Shown in pieces: positions 37,853 to 49,887 of a stretch of 64,000 nt of DNA. The translations under genes and the position numbers were made by a program. This DNA comes from Chiloscyllium plagiosum. Lineage: Eukaryota. Every line of letters starts with the position of its first letter. Positions within the stretch are counted from its first letter, which is position 1. The notes beneath the pieces were generated by a model. The model made no database searches, was not told the DNA's origin, and saw only the letters and a list, made by a program, of their open reading frames with translations. The stretch spans positions 48,667,859 to 48,731,858 of the forward strand of contig NC_057718.1 in NCBI RefSeq assembly GCF_004010195.1. The letters run 5' to 3'.

Positions 37853-38112
37853 ATTAGATTAGATTACATTAGATTACATTACAGTGTGGAAACAGGCCCT
37901 TCGGCCCAACAAGTCCACACCGACCCGCTGAAGCGAAACCCACCCTGCACATCTTTGGACTGTGGGAGGAAACCGGAGCACCCAGAGGAAACCCACGCAG
38001 ACACAGGGAGAACGTGCAAACTCCACACAGTCAGTCGCCTGAGGCGGGAATTGAACCCGGGTCTCAGGCGCTGTGAGGCAGCAGTGCTAACCACAGTGCC
38101 ACCGTGCCGCCC
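37853..38112 (-). mobile_element. Young, internally shortened HE1/V-SINE-type SINE
   Basis: Minus head gggcggcacggtggcactgtggttagc..ggttcaattcc (A/B boxes), CpGs retained, (attagattac)n tail. Confidence 0.92.
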
Positions 38113-40036
38113 ACTATGTTGCATGGTATTACACAATTGTAGGGAGCAGAAACAGAACCAGTAGGCAACAAGGACATGTATGTCTCCTGAACAGATTGTT
38201 CTCCACATCATTGCGCTGCCTATGACAGAGCACACGGCACTCAACTTCACTGTATCTCTCGTCCAGGATCCTCAATATGTCAGTGTTTATTTTTACACAC
38301 CAGCAAACCTCTTGTTTGGCTCTATTTTCCACACTGAAGAAAGTTAATACTACTTTTGATACACCATGAATAATGGAATCAAATCCTCAGACAAAAGAAA
38401 TCTTGACAGACTAATTTAGTAAATTTATATTTATTATGAATCATATGATGCGATTCTGATTTAGCTGTTGTGTCAATGGTAACTATTCCATGAGTCAGAA
38501 AGAGATTAGAAATCTTGTAGAAGAAAATAAATAGTACCTACTCCTAAATTTCTGTGTACTGTGGAGTGTTGTTTTTACTTCAGGATATTTCATAAAGAAA
38601 AATCTCCATATATTAGAGTTGTAGTATTTGCTGAACTCCTTGTATAAAGACTCAGAGTGTTAAAATCTTCAGACGTTTTCTGACAAATTCAAAAAAGGAA
38701 ATACATTGTAAAAAGTGTATTTTATATCCAGATTATTGTCTTCTCGTTGCTGTCAGTGCAAAACAAAAAAGGGGAAATAAAACAGGAAGGACCACATTTC
38801 TTAGGACAAAAATGAGAAGGGATTTCATTGTAATAATATTATCAGGCAGCTGTTTTAAAGAAAACAGCCACCACTTGGTTACAGAGAAGTGCTGACACAA
38901 TGGAATTTTCATTTCTGATGTTTCACATACATATAATTCTTGCAATACAAGAACATTGCCGAGAATATTTTTCCATTAATTAATGACATATAAGACATAG
39001 GTTATTGTTGGCATTAATTTTTTTGTTTAAAACTAATTTCACAAGAATGCAAGGTCAATAGATGATGTTTTCATGTTGACATATTGCTATGTTATGGATC
39101 TTTGGAATTCTTGAAAGTTTAGGACAATTCATTTTTATAATCAAAGCTTCTCATAATTAACCTTTCTTTTCAGAAAAATCAGTGCGGATAATAGCTACAA
39201 AACCTTTTCAGTATAATTAAAATGCAATTCAATTTTGTGTATTCCAGGCAAATCCTGGGGGTGATTTTAAGTTTCAATACTCATGTTAAGCGGTGATATC
39301 AGTCTGGCTATTATACAGATTTTCATTTTATCACAAACATTGGAAGGGCTAGTTCCATGGCACGTACAATGGACTTTCCAATATGAATCATTGTACACCA
39401 GCTAAACTATCCCCACTTCACACAAAATAAACAGATCCAACTCCTCAAAGTCACAGAATACATAGAGTACACTTGAAGCGTTTGCAACAATATTAATTGC
39501 AATAGATTTAGTTCACTTATTTGGTATGCAATGGCTAAATTTGCCTCAGGAATGACAATCAATAACGTGTTAGATAAATTATCTTTACTTGTGTCTCAGT
39601 GTCAAATCTCTTGTTTATAATTTTAGCTTTTTGAACCAATGCCCCGTGAGGTCATTCTTGCTGCATTCAGTAACAATGAGTTCCAGAACATGTTGTCAAA
39701 TTATAATACTTTGCTTATGATGTGGAATTCATAGTCTTAAGAGTTTACAATATATCATTAGTTTCTTTTGATTAATATAGTATATTGTTTCAGTTTGGGA
39801 TTTTTAAGCACTATGGGAGAAAAATGGATGTGGCCCAAAAATAGATACATGTGATTTGTGATTAACCCAGGTCTGTTTTTCCAACACAGGCAGTGTGCAA
39901 ACTTAGTGCTATTAATTTAAATGATAGAAGCATGCAGCCCAGTGCTAAATTCTCTATTGAGTAAATGTGTGCCTTAGCAGGGGGCCTAAGTTGGAGCAAG
40001 TTTAGCTCCACTTATAACAAGCTTGCATTACTTATA

Positions 40037-40243
40037 GGGAGAAACTGAGAACAGCAGATGCTGGAGATGAGAGTCAAAAAGTGTGGTGCTGGAAAAGCAG
40101 TATCCGAGGAGCAGGAGAGGCAACATTTCAAGCATAAGCTTACTCCTGATGAAGAGCTTAAGCTTGAAACGTCAACTCTCCTGCTTCTCAAATGCTGCCT
40201 GACTGGCTGTGCTTTTCCAGCGCCTCACTTTTTGACTCTTACT
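40037..40243. mobile_element. Short inverted-repeat PLE-terminus insertion
   Basis: Arms agagtcaaaaagtg...aagcataagct / agcttaagctt...cactttttgactct; 9-bp direct repeat ttacttata (40028-40036, 40244-40252). Confidence 0.8.
40146..40173 (+). ncRNA. Minimal hammerhead ribozyme motif
   Basis: CTGATGA-A-GAGC-TTAA-GCTT-GAAA-CGTC. Confidence 0.55.
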
Positions 40244-40569
40244 TTACTTATATCCAGTCTGTCCCTCAGAAATGGGAGGTGTACTCTGATGTCAGTAGGT
40301 GCTGAAAGTATCGAAGAAAGTGTAGATATGGCATAACAAGGTACAGAACATTCTCACATGGAGGACTGAAGGGCTGGAGATGCAGGAGGTGGACAAGAAT
40401 TGAAAGGTTCTCTCTCATCAAGGGGAAGAGGGAGGAACTCCAGACATAATCATGAATGCAGTAGGAGCAAATACCTGTTCTGGTCTCAGGACCTGGATAC
40501 AGTGCCTAAAATCACTCCATGATTGTCAAGTTCTATGAATGCATTCTAAAATTTAATATACTAACACGA

Positions 40570-41877
40570 AAATCTGGAATTAGGAATCTACTGATGACCA
40601 TGAAATAATTGTTGATTGTAAGAAAACCCATCTGATTCACTAATGTCCTCCAGGGAAGGAAATTTTCCATCTTCACCTGATCTGGCCTACATGTGACTCC
40701 AGACCCATAGTAATGTGGTTGACTCTCGATTGCTCTCTGAATTGGCCGAGCAAGCCATTCAGTCGAATGAATTGCTACAAAGTTTCAAAGAAATAAAACT
40801 GGATGGATCACCTGGGATCGACTGAGGCACCGGAGAAGACAATGGCAAAAAAACTCAGTTGACCCTGCAAAAACCTCCTCACTAACATCTGGGGGCTAGT
40901 GCCAAAACTGGGAGAGTTGTCTCTCAGACTAGTCAGAGACAAAAAAGCCTGCAGATGCTGGAATCCAAAATAGACAGACAGGAGGCTGTAAGAACACAGC
41001 AGGCCAGGCAGCATCAGGAGGTGGAGAGGTTTCAGGTGTAACCCTTCTTCAGGACTGGGGGTCGGTGTGGCGGGAGCTGCAGATAAAGGGGGTGGCGGGG
41101 CCAGGGTGAAGACAGGTAGAGGGTACAACCTGGTTGGTCAGTGGGAGGAATGAATCCAATTGGTGGCAGGGAGCAGTGGAAGGGAGGGGGAGGGGTTAGG
41201 AAGGGAGTCGGGGGATGGGGAGCGAGGTTATTTGAAATTGGAGAACTCAATGTTGAGTCCTCCAGGCTGTAGGCTGCACAGTGGAAGATGAGGTGTTGTT
41301 CCTCTGATTTGTGCTGTGGTTTGTTGTGGCAATGGAGGAGGCCAAGGACGGTCATGGGAGAAAGGGATTGGTTGGGGGGATTGAAATGGGTGGCGACTGA
41401 AATGAGTGGTGACTGGGAGGACTTCCCAGTCACCACCCATTGCAATTTCCCCAACCACTCCTTTTTCGACATGACCATCCTTGGCCTTCCATTGCCAAAA
41501 CAAACCATAGTGTAAACCGGAGGAACAACATCACACCTTCTGCCTAGGCAGCCTACAATCAAGGAAAATCACCATAGGTCCTCAGATAGCACCTTCCAAA
41601 CCCACGATCCCTTCCATCTAGAAGGACAAAGATGGCAGATAATTGGGAACATCACCGCCTTCAAGGTCCTCTGCATCCTGACTTGGAAATATTTTGCTGT
41701 TCCTTCACTGCCATAGAGTCAAAATCCTAGAATTCCCTCCCTAACAGCATTGTGGGTCAACCCCACAGCAGGTGGACTGCAGTGGGTCAAGAAGGCAGCT
41801 CATCAACACTTTCTCAAGGGGATAGACAATAAATACTGGCCAGCCAGCACCACCCACATCCCATAAATAAATAAAAG
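40570..41877 (+). mobile_element. Family-B LINE, internally deleted (5' region plus endonuclease start; 3' end), interrupted by a PLE
   Basis: SINE-like 5' region followed by LTNIWGLVPKLGELSLRLV (40878-40934; APE domain-I N..GL motif); family-B tail at 41580-41877. Confidence 0.65.
40935..41560 (-). mobile_element. PLE 3' fragment with inverted partial copy
   Basis: Minus VATHFNPPNQS..EEQHLIF..PGGLNIEFSNFK; 41425-41560 is an inverted duplicate; degenerate hammerhead CTGAAGA-AGGGTTACACCT-GAAA at 41030-41052 (minus). Confidence 0.85.
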
Positions 41878-43109
41878 TGAACTTTGCAATCCAATCCCTT
41901 TTTCACTTACCTACAATAATTTCTTATCAGGCATGACTCATACCTCATACTCACAGCTTTCTCTATGGCCTCGACACTTGGGTCTGCAGCAAGGTTCAAA
42001 TACTTCATAGCCTACACCCATTGCCAGCTATTTAACCATCTTTCAAGCACATTTCATCACAGTTCACTTTCCTTTGTAGGGAAAGGTGGCTTATAACCCC
42101 TGGCCAGCTGCAAATGCTAGCATGACCCAGTTCAGATGCAACTCCTTACTTGAATGGAGGAAATACTGCTTATCATCACTGGATGGCCAGTGATTGGCCA
42201 ATGATAGGGTGGAAACCATCAAAAATGTCAGCACAATCAAATGTAACCTTCCTTCTCACATCTCACAATCGCTTCTGCTTTATAAGCTGGAGATAATGTA
42301 AACATGCATCATATGCTTTTCTCTTTTCCCTCATTGCAACCCTACAATTGTGGGGTTCATCTTTCAGATACCGGAGAATGGCCACCTGGCCAGTGGCGCA
42401 AAAATGTGAAAAACAGGAGAGATTGATGATAATGAAACATGGTCATTTGGTCTCATTCAAAACCATTAACCCAGACACAGGCACTGTTCATAATGTTATG
42501 GGTGGTATAGAGGCGGGATTTGTAAACATTGAAGCATCATATCTGTAACAAGGATAAAGGAAAGGTGAAGATCCAATGACTTTTATGTTGCAGAGAACTC
42601 AATATCAGATCTTTGACAGAGGGAGCACAGAAAAAGATTGATAGGCATGCGTCATGAAATATGTGGTGAACTGGCATTCTTTTCAGGAAGCGTGAAGTCA
42701 GTACCAAGGAGGAGCAATATGGCAAAGGGTTTTGTGCTCAGCTTGGGGCCATATTTGTGATTGTGGAAATGGTTGCCATTTCTGAAGAGAAAACAAATTT
42801 AACTGTGCCTGATGAGGCTGATTGCTAAGGTCTCAGTTTCAAAAGTAGGACAAGCTGACATTGCTCAAAGTGCCGGTGATGCTATGAAAACTCAAACTAT
42901 GGCCATGAAACCTCAGTTTGTTGATATGAAGGCTCAGATTCCTACCATCATACATTGAGGCATCAGGCTTGAACAGCCCAGCAATCTGTTCTCCCAATAC
43001 GTTTGCAATCAAAAGGCACTCTCAACACCAAAATAACCTGGGCTATAAAATTGATTTTTAAAAAATTGAACCTCAGCTCTTGGGAATAGGATTATATGAC
43101 CTCGGCTGT

Positions 43110-43675
43110 ATATCATAGAATCCCAAAAGGCTATTCAGTCCCCACAACAACCTTCCAAAGAGTATCCCCCTCTGACCTGGCCCACATTATGGGCAATTTA
43201 GCACGGCCAATCCACATAACCTGCTCATTTTGCTCAGTGGTTAGAGCTGCTGCCTCACAGTGTTAGGGACTCAGGTTCGATTCCAACCTTGGGCGACTGT
43301 CTGTGTGGAGTTTGCACATTCTCTCCGTGTCTGCGTGGGTTTCCCCCGGGTGCTCCAGTTTCCTCCCACAGTCCGAAGATGTGCAGGTCAGGTGAATTGG
43401 CCATGCTAAATTGCCCGTAGTGTTAGGTGCATTAGTCAGAGGGAAATGGGTTTGGGTGGGTTACTCTTCTGAGGGTTGGTGTGGACTTGTTGGGCTGAAG
43501 GGCCTGTTTCCACACTGTAGGGAACCTGATCTAAAACCTAACTTAATCTTTGGACTGTGGGAGGAAACTATACAGACACAGCAAAAATGTGCAAACTCCA
43601 CACAGACAGTTGCCTGAGGATGGAGTCAAATGGAGTTCCCTGTGTGGCAGCAGTGCTAACTGCTGAGCCATTGTG
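43110..43675 (-). mobile_element. Older HE1-type SINE, split by a younger copy
   Basis: Minus-strand halves 43110-43230 and 43546-43675 are colinear with 8443-8783. Confidence 0.7.
43232..43545 (+). mobile_element. HE1/V-SINE-type SINE nested antisense in another HE1
   Basis: gctcagtggttagagc..ggttcgattcc (B box), core, CR1-like tail gggcctgtttccacactgtaggg. Confidence 0.9.
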
Positions 43676-45574
43676 AAGTGGGGATACATCAATCAACCAG
43701 TTTGTCTTTGGGCCTGTTCAGAGCCTTAATGGGTCAATTGAGCGCTTCATTCCAACTGCACTATCAGTGTACCCACAACAGGTGAAGGCCCAGGTAAAGT
43801 GGGCATCTGGCAACTGGTACGGCCTTGACAGATGTGTGGAAGTGTGGGAACCTCCTTTTCGGGGACCACAGTGCCCATTGGAGATGTTTTGTGATGAGGG
43901 TATACCACCCTTTAATCCACTACCTGGCCTCAGAAACCAGGTACCCCAACTCTGACACTCTCTTCGCTGGGTTCTGCAAGCTTGGCCCAGCAAGACCCAA
44001 TTTACCTGTCAGTCTGGGCTCCATCACATCCTATTGTTTGGGAACTGTCTGCAGTTACAGCTATTGGCCACTGCTTGAACCAAGTGCTGCTGAGCTTACA
44101 AAGCCAATGGCCAAGCAACTTGGTCAGTGGCACCATAAGATAAGACTAATCTGTTTTGGTTGGATGAGCTCATGGCTGACTTTTCTTCATTCACCCAACT
44201 GGAAAAATCCTCATGATGCAATCGATGAAACCCTCTCTCACATATTCGGATTATTTTCTGACATTGAAGCAATCTGGAACAGTGGTCCAGGAGGATACAA
44301 GAACCATGAAGGTCCTTGTTGAATTGGTGCCATACCTGCTAAATGCATTCATTGTTAATTGATTTGCCAATAATATGCTTATGTAATATACTCATGGGCA
44401 GTGCTGGTTGTTACTTTTCAATTTTTAGCTGATTTTGATTTGAACATAGCTTACTATGCCAATACGTCTTGCTGACATAAAAGTTGGTTAATTGGTAAAT
44501 AACGAGGTGACCTTTAAAAGTTCCGGGGTTCTAAGTTTCGTGACCAAGAGTGATGACATTGAGACCATTGCACAAATTACTCAAAGAGCAAATGAATATT
44601 TAAAGCTTTAGGAAGTGAAAAAGAAATGAGATCAGCTTTGAAGTGCTGGCGACGACTTAATGTGCAGCAAGAACTCCTTCTGGTTCATTGGAATAAAGTA
44701 CTCTCATGGCACAATCCTCACAGCCGACTGAAAGAAGTTATGCGTTCTGTCTGTGGTGCTATAACATTCTCCACACAGCAGGGGTTGGAGCAGACCCTGG
44801 TCTTTTGTATTACTGTCCCTTAGATTGGGCTTAAGATGAGCAAGACAATGGGTGCAAAATTGTCAACCGAGAGAAAATGTATTGTTAGGGAGAAATAGGT
44901 TTACCTGTTAATTCTGGACTTTATTACAATAAAATAAACTGCTTGCTGATGTTGTCCTTAGTTATTCACGGTGCTTTGATAACAATATCTTTTAAAAAGA
45001 GTTATGAATTTTCCAAGAGACTGATGAAAATCATTGATGAGAAGACTTCACATTTTAAAACTTTTATTGGAACAAACAAATTAAAATCAATATTGACTAA
45101 ACTTTACATGATTACTAACGAATACACCAAACTACAAAACTGATATTTTCTATTAACTTCATAACACAAGTGAAAGCCTCATGCTATGGCTATATATTAT
45201 GCTGCATTCTCGTAGAAATGCTAACCTCTGTTTAAAAATCCCAAGCTCTGTTCACCTTCCCCCACCACGATAAATCCTCCAGCATCCTTTTAAAAACAGG
45301 CCCCCTCCTTCGATTTCCTGAGTGTACACAAATGCCGCAAGATATCTTTTATTGATTCCTTGGTTTGTAACTCCCCTCACTTTGCAAACAATGTTATGCC
45401 CTGACCAACATTCTGTTTGTTTATTACTCCAAACCAATCCTTCTGCCTGGCATCTTTTGTGGGTATACTTGTCTAAAACTCCCTGGTGAATTGTCTCTGA
45501 AAGACTGTAATGTGGAAGCAGCAGGATCAGCTGTCGTGGTGTTTTCACTTGTATCTTGCTCTCGGTATAAAGGG

Positions 45575-45810
45575 TGGAGGGTATCAGTTAGCTCAGTTAA
45601 CTGAACATCTGGTTTGCAATGTATTATGCCAACAAAATGTGTGCAATTCCTGCTACCAGCTGAGTTTTCCATGAAGGACTCTCCTTCTCAACTTCCCTCT
45701 TCACCTGAGGCTTGGTGACCCACAGGTTAAACTATTAGAAAGTTGTCTCTTTCTAATGAGAGAGCAGACTTATGGTCTGCCTCAGTAGGATTATGGCACC
45801 TTTACTTCCA
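45575..45810 (+). mobile_element. tRNA-derived SINE (third family)
   Basis: tagctcagtt A-box-like head; colinear with 31380-31570. Confidence 0.5.
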
Positions 45811-46399
45811 ATAAGTGTTGACTTGAGTCCATGTTTTCATGCTGAACAGGTCAGTTAGGCTTGTCACTGAGCAGGTTTAGTAAGATGTTATATGTCCCTT
45901 TCCAAACTGAAATATAAAAAAGAGGTTTTGCATTGTCTACTGGCCAGTAGAATTTAGAGTCATAGCTGAAAGGGAGCATTGAGAGAAAAAAAAGCAGCAT
46001 TTAGCTGGTACTTACTTCTTTACTCAGACGATGGTTAATGTCACATTCATGGTTGAGGGAAGGAGTGATGATATAATAGAATACCCATTTACAGGAAAGA
46101 AATACCCAATATAAGCGAAAATGTCTGTGACAATGTTTCTGGCCCACATAAGCATTCTTCCAACTTAATTCATCTGATTAATATCTCCTCCTATTCCTTC
46201 CTCTTAGGTATTTGTCTCATTTCCCTTTATGCCAACGCCCAAATACATAGGACTAGAGGCCGTCTTCACTCCCAAAATTCGCAGGGGCAGTGGGAAATCC
46301 CATTCCCAAAATATGCAGGGGGCAGTCGTAGAGTCATAGTCAGAGAGATGTACAGCACAGAAACAGACCCTTCAGTCCAACTTGTCCACGCTGACCAGA

Positions 46400-48830
46400 T
46401 ATCCCAACCCAATCTAATCCCACTTGCCAGCAGCCAGTCCATATCCCGATTCACAGACCCATCCAGATGCCTTTTAGATGTTGCAATTGTACCAGCCTCC
46501 ACCACTTTCTCTGGCAGCTCATTCCACACACACACACCACTGTCTGCATGGAAAAGCTGCCCCTTAGGTCTCTTTTATATCTTTCCCCTCTCACCCCAAA
46601 CCTATGCCCTCTAGTTCTGGACTCCCCACTATAGTTAAAAGGTCTTGTCAATTTACCATATGAATGCTCCTCATAATTTTGTAAACCTCTATAAAGTCAC
46701 CCCTCAGCCTCCGATGCTCCAGGGAATACAATCCCAGCCTATTCAGCCTCTCCCTGTAGTTCAGATCCTCTAACCCTGGCAACATCCTTGCAAATCTTTT
46801 CTGAATCGTTTCAAGTTTCACAACATCTTTCCGATAGGAAGGAGACCAGAATTGCATGCAATATTCCAAAAGTGGCCTAGTGAATGTCCTGTATTGCCCG
46901 AACATGACCTCCCAGCTCCTGTACTCAATATTCTGACCAATAAAGGAAAGCATACCAAATGCCTTCTTCAATATTTGATCTACCTGTGACTCTACTTTCA
47001 AGAAGATATGAACCTGCACACCAAAGTCTCTTTGTTCAGCAACACTCCCTAGGATGTTACCATTAACTGTATAAGTCCTGCTAAGATTTGCTTTTCTAAA
47101 ATGCAGTACCCTGCATTTGTCCAAATTAAACTCCATCTGCCACTTCTCAGCCCATTGGCCCATCTGATGAAGATCCTGTTGTAATCTGAGGTAACTTTCT
47201 TTGCTGTCCACCACACCCCCAATTTTGGTGTCATCTGCAAACTTACTAACTATACCTCTTACGCTCTCATCCAAATCATTTATATAAATGACGAAAAGTA
47301 GTGGACCCAACATTGATCCTTGTGGAACTCTACTGGTCACAGGCCTCCTGTCTGAAAAACAAATCTCCACCACCACCTTCTACCTTTGAGCCAGTTCTGT
47401 AATTAAATGGCTAGTTCTCCATGTATTCCATATCTAACCTTGCTAACCAGTTTCCCATGGGGAACCTTGTTGAACACCTTACTGAAGTCCATATAGATCA
47501 TGTCCACCACTCTGCCCTCATCAATCCTCTTTGGTACTTCTTCAAAAAATTCAATCGAGTTTGTAAGACATGATTTCCCACACACAAAGCCATGTTGACT
47601 ATCCCTAATCAGTCCTTGCCTTTCCAAATACATGTACATCCTGTCCCTCAGGATTCCCTCCAACAACTTGCCCACCACCGAGGTCAGGCTCACTGGTCTA
47701 TAGTTCCCTGGCTTGTCCTTACCACCTTTCTTAAACAGTGGCACCACTGTCCTTAATGTATTTGTAAAAACCCTTTGGATTCTCTTTAACTCTATTTGCC
47801 AAAGCTATCTCGTGTCTCCTTTTTGCCCTCCTGATTTCCTTCTAAAGAATACTCCTACTTCTTTTATACTCTTCTAATGATTCACTCGATCTATCCTGTC
47901 TATATCTGCCATATGCTTCCTTCTTTTTCTTAACCAAGCCCTCAATTTCTTTAGTCACCAGCATTCCCTATACCTACCAGCCTTTCCTTTCACCCTGACA
48001 GGAATATACTTTCTCTGGATTCTCGTTATCTCATTTCTGAAGGCTTCCCATTTCCCAGCCGTCCCTTTACCTGCGAACATCTGCGCCCAATCAGACTTTT
48101 GAAAGTTCTTGCCTAATATCATCAAAATAGGACTTTCTCCAATTTTGAACTTCAACTTTTAGATCTAGTCTATCCTCTTCCAATACAATTTCAAAACTAA
48201 TAGAATTATGGTCACTGGCCCCAAAGTGCTCCCCCACTGATACCTCAGTCACCTGCCCTGCCTTATTTCCCAAGAGTACATCAAGTTTTGCACCATCTCT
48301 AGTAGGTACATCCACATACTGAATCAGAAGCATTTCTTGTACACACTTAACAAATTCTCTCCATCTAAACTGTTAACACTATGGCAGTTCTAGTCTGTGT
48401 TCGGAAAGTTAAAATCCTCTTCCATAACCACCCTATTATTCCTACAGATAACTGAGATCTCGTTACAAATTTGTTTCTCAATTTCACTCTGACATTTAAT
48501 ACAATCCCAGTAAGGTGATCATCCTTTTCTTATTTCTCAGTTCCACCCAAATAACTTCCCTGGATGTATTTCTGGGAATATCTTCCCTCAGTACAGCTGT
48601 AATGCTATCCCTTATCAAAAATGCCACTCCCCCTCCTCTCTTGCCTCCCTTTCTGTCCTTCTTGTGGCATTTGTATTCTGGAACATTAAGCTGCCAGTCC
48701 TGTCCATTGCTGAGCCATGCTTCTGTAATTGCTATGATATCCCAATTCCATGTTCCTAACCATGCCCTGAGGTCATCTGCCTTCCCTGTTAGGCCTCTTG
48801 CATTGAAATAAATGCAGTTTAATTTATCAG
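46400..48830 (-). pseudogene. CR1 ORF2 (APE endonuclease + RT), disrupted
   Basis: ORFs 48091-48333, 47955-48155, 47403-47747 and 46648-47376 are consecutive frameshifted pieces. Confidence 0.88.
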
Positions 48831-48959
48831 TCCTAACTTGTTCTCTGCTTTTTCCCTGCCTTCCCTGACTGTTTGACTCGCTTCTTTTCTCAACTGTACC
48901 AGTCTCAGATTGATCTCTTTCCTCACTATTTCCCTGGGTCCCTCCCCTTCGCCACCTTA

Positions 48960-49887
48960 CTAGTTTAAATTCTTCTGAGCAGCTCTATCAAATCTCCCTG
49001 CCAGAATATTAGCCCTCTTCTAATTCAAGTGCAATCTGTCCTTCTTATACAGGTCACATCTACCTCAGAAGAGATTCCAATGATCCAAAAATGTGAATCC
49101 TTCTCCCCTGCCCCTGCTCCTCAGCCATGCATTCATCTGCTCCATCCTCTTATTCCTACCCTCACTAGCTCGTAGCACCAGAAGTAATCCAAATATTACT
49201 ACTCTCGAGGACTTCCTTTTTAAATTCCTGCCTAGCTCTCTTTATTCTCCCTTCAGAATCTCAACCTTTTCCCTTCCTATGTCGTTGGTTCCAATGTATA
49301 GAATGACCTCCTGCTGGGCCCTCTCCCCCTTGAGAACATTCTGCAACCTCTCTGAGACATCCTTGATGCTGGCACCAGGGACGCAACACACCATTCTGAT
49401 TTTTCGCTGCTGGCCACAGAAATATCTGTTTGTACCTCGGACTAGAGAGTCCCCTAACACAATTGATCTTTTGGAACCCGAGGTACCCCATTCAAACCAG
49501 TCTCAATACCAGCAACTTAGCTGTGTATGCTTTACTCCCCTGAGAATCCATCACCCCCTTCATTTTCTAAAACAGCATACTTGTTTGAAATGGGTATAGC
49601 CACAGAAGACTCCTGCATTAGCTGCCTACCACTCTTACCTTTCCTGGAGTTATCCCATCTATGTGACTGTATCTGTGACTTTCTTCTCTTCCTATAACTG
49701 CCATCTATCACACTCCTTGTTCTTGTTAATTCCTCATTGACTCTAACTGTCACTCCAACTGATCCATTTGATCTGAAAGGATTTGCAACCAATGGCATTT
49801 ATTGCAGATATAATCCTCAGTGACCCGTAAACTCTCCCTAAACCCCCACATCTGACAAGAAAAGCATATCACTTTACTGAGGGCCAT
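48960..49887 (-). pseudogene. CR1 ORF1 (zinc finger/leucine zipper + SGNH esterase), disrupted
   Basis: MALSKVICFSCQMW..YICNKCHWLQIL (CxxC..CxxC); LGDSLVRG, MVCCVPGA, YIGTND. Confidence 0.85.

Larger units (their letters stand above)
40328..42190 (+). pseudogene. Harbinger-type Myb/SANT DNA-binding gene remnant (two putative exons: ~40328-40530, ~42080-42190)
   Basis: Frameshifted FSHGGL..QEVDKN*KVL..Q*EQI..RTWIQCLKSLHD, resembling the trihelix W..I...RTW.QC.KK..DL pattern; then tttccttgtag|..KVAYN..QLLT*MEEILLIITG. Confidence 0.4.

Noticed and set aside
37853..38112. tRNA gene (A/B boxes); likewise 32117 and 43232
   Set aside because: The tRNA-like heads continue into a SINE core and CR1-type tail, so these are SINEs.
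43825..44322. 165-aa ORF with faint HARBI1-like words (DAIDETL, YKNHEG)
   Set aside because: Similarity is too weak to call by eye; it needs a DDE_Tnp_4 HMM search.
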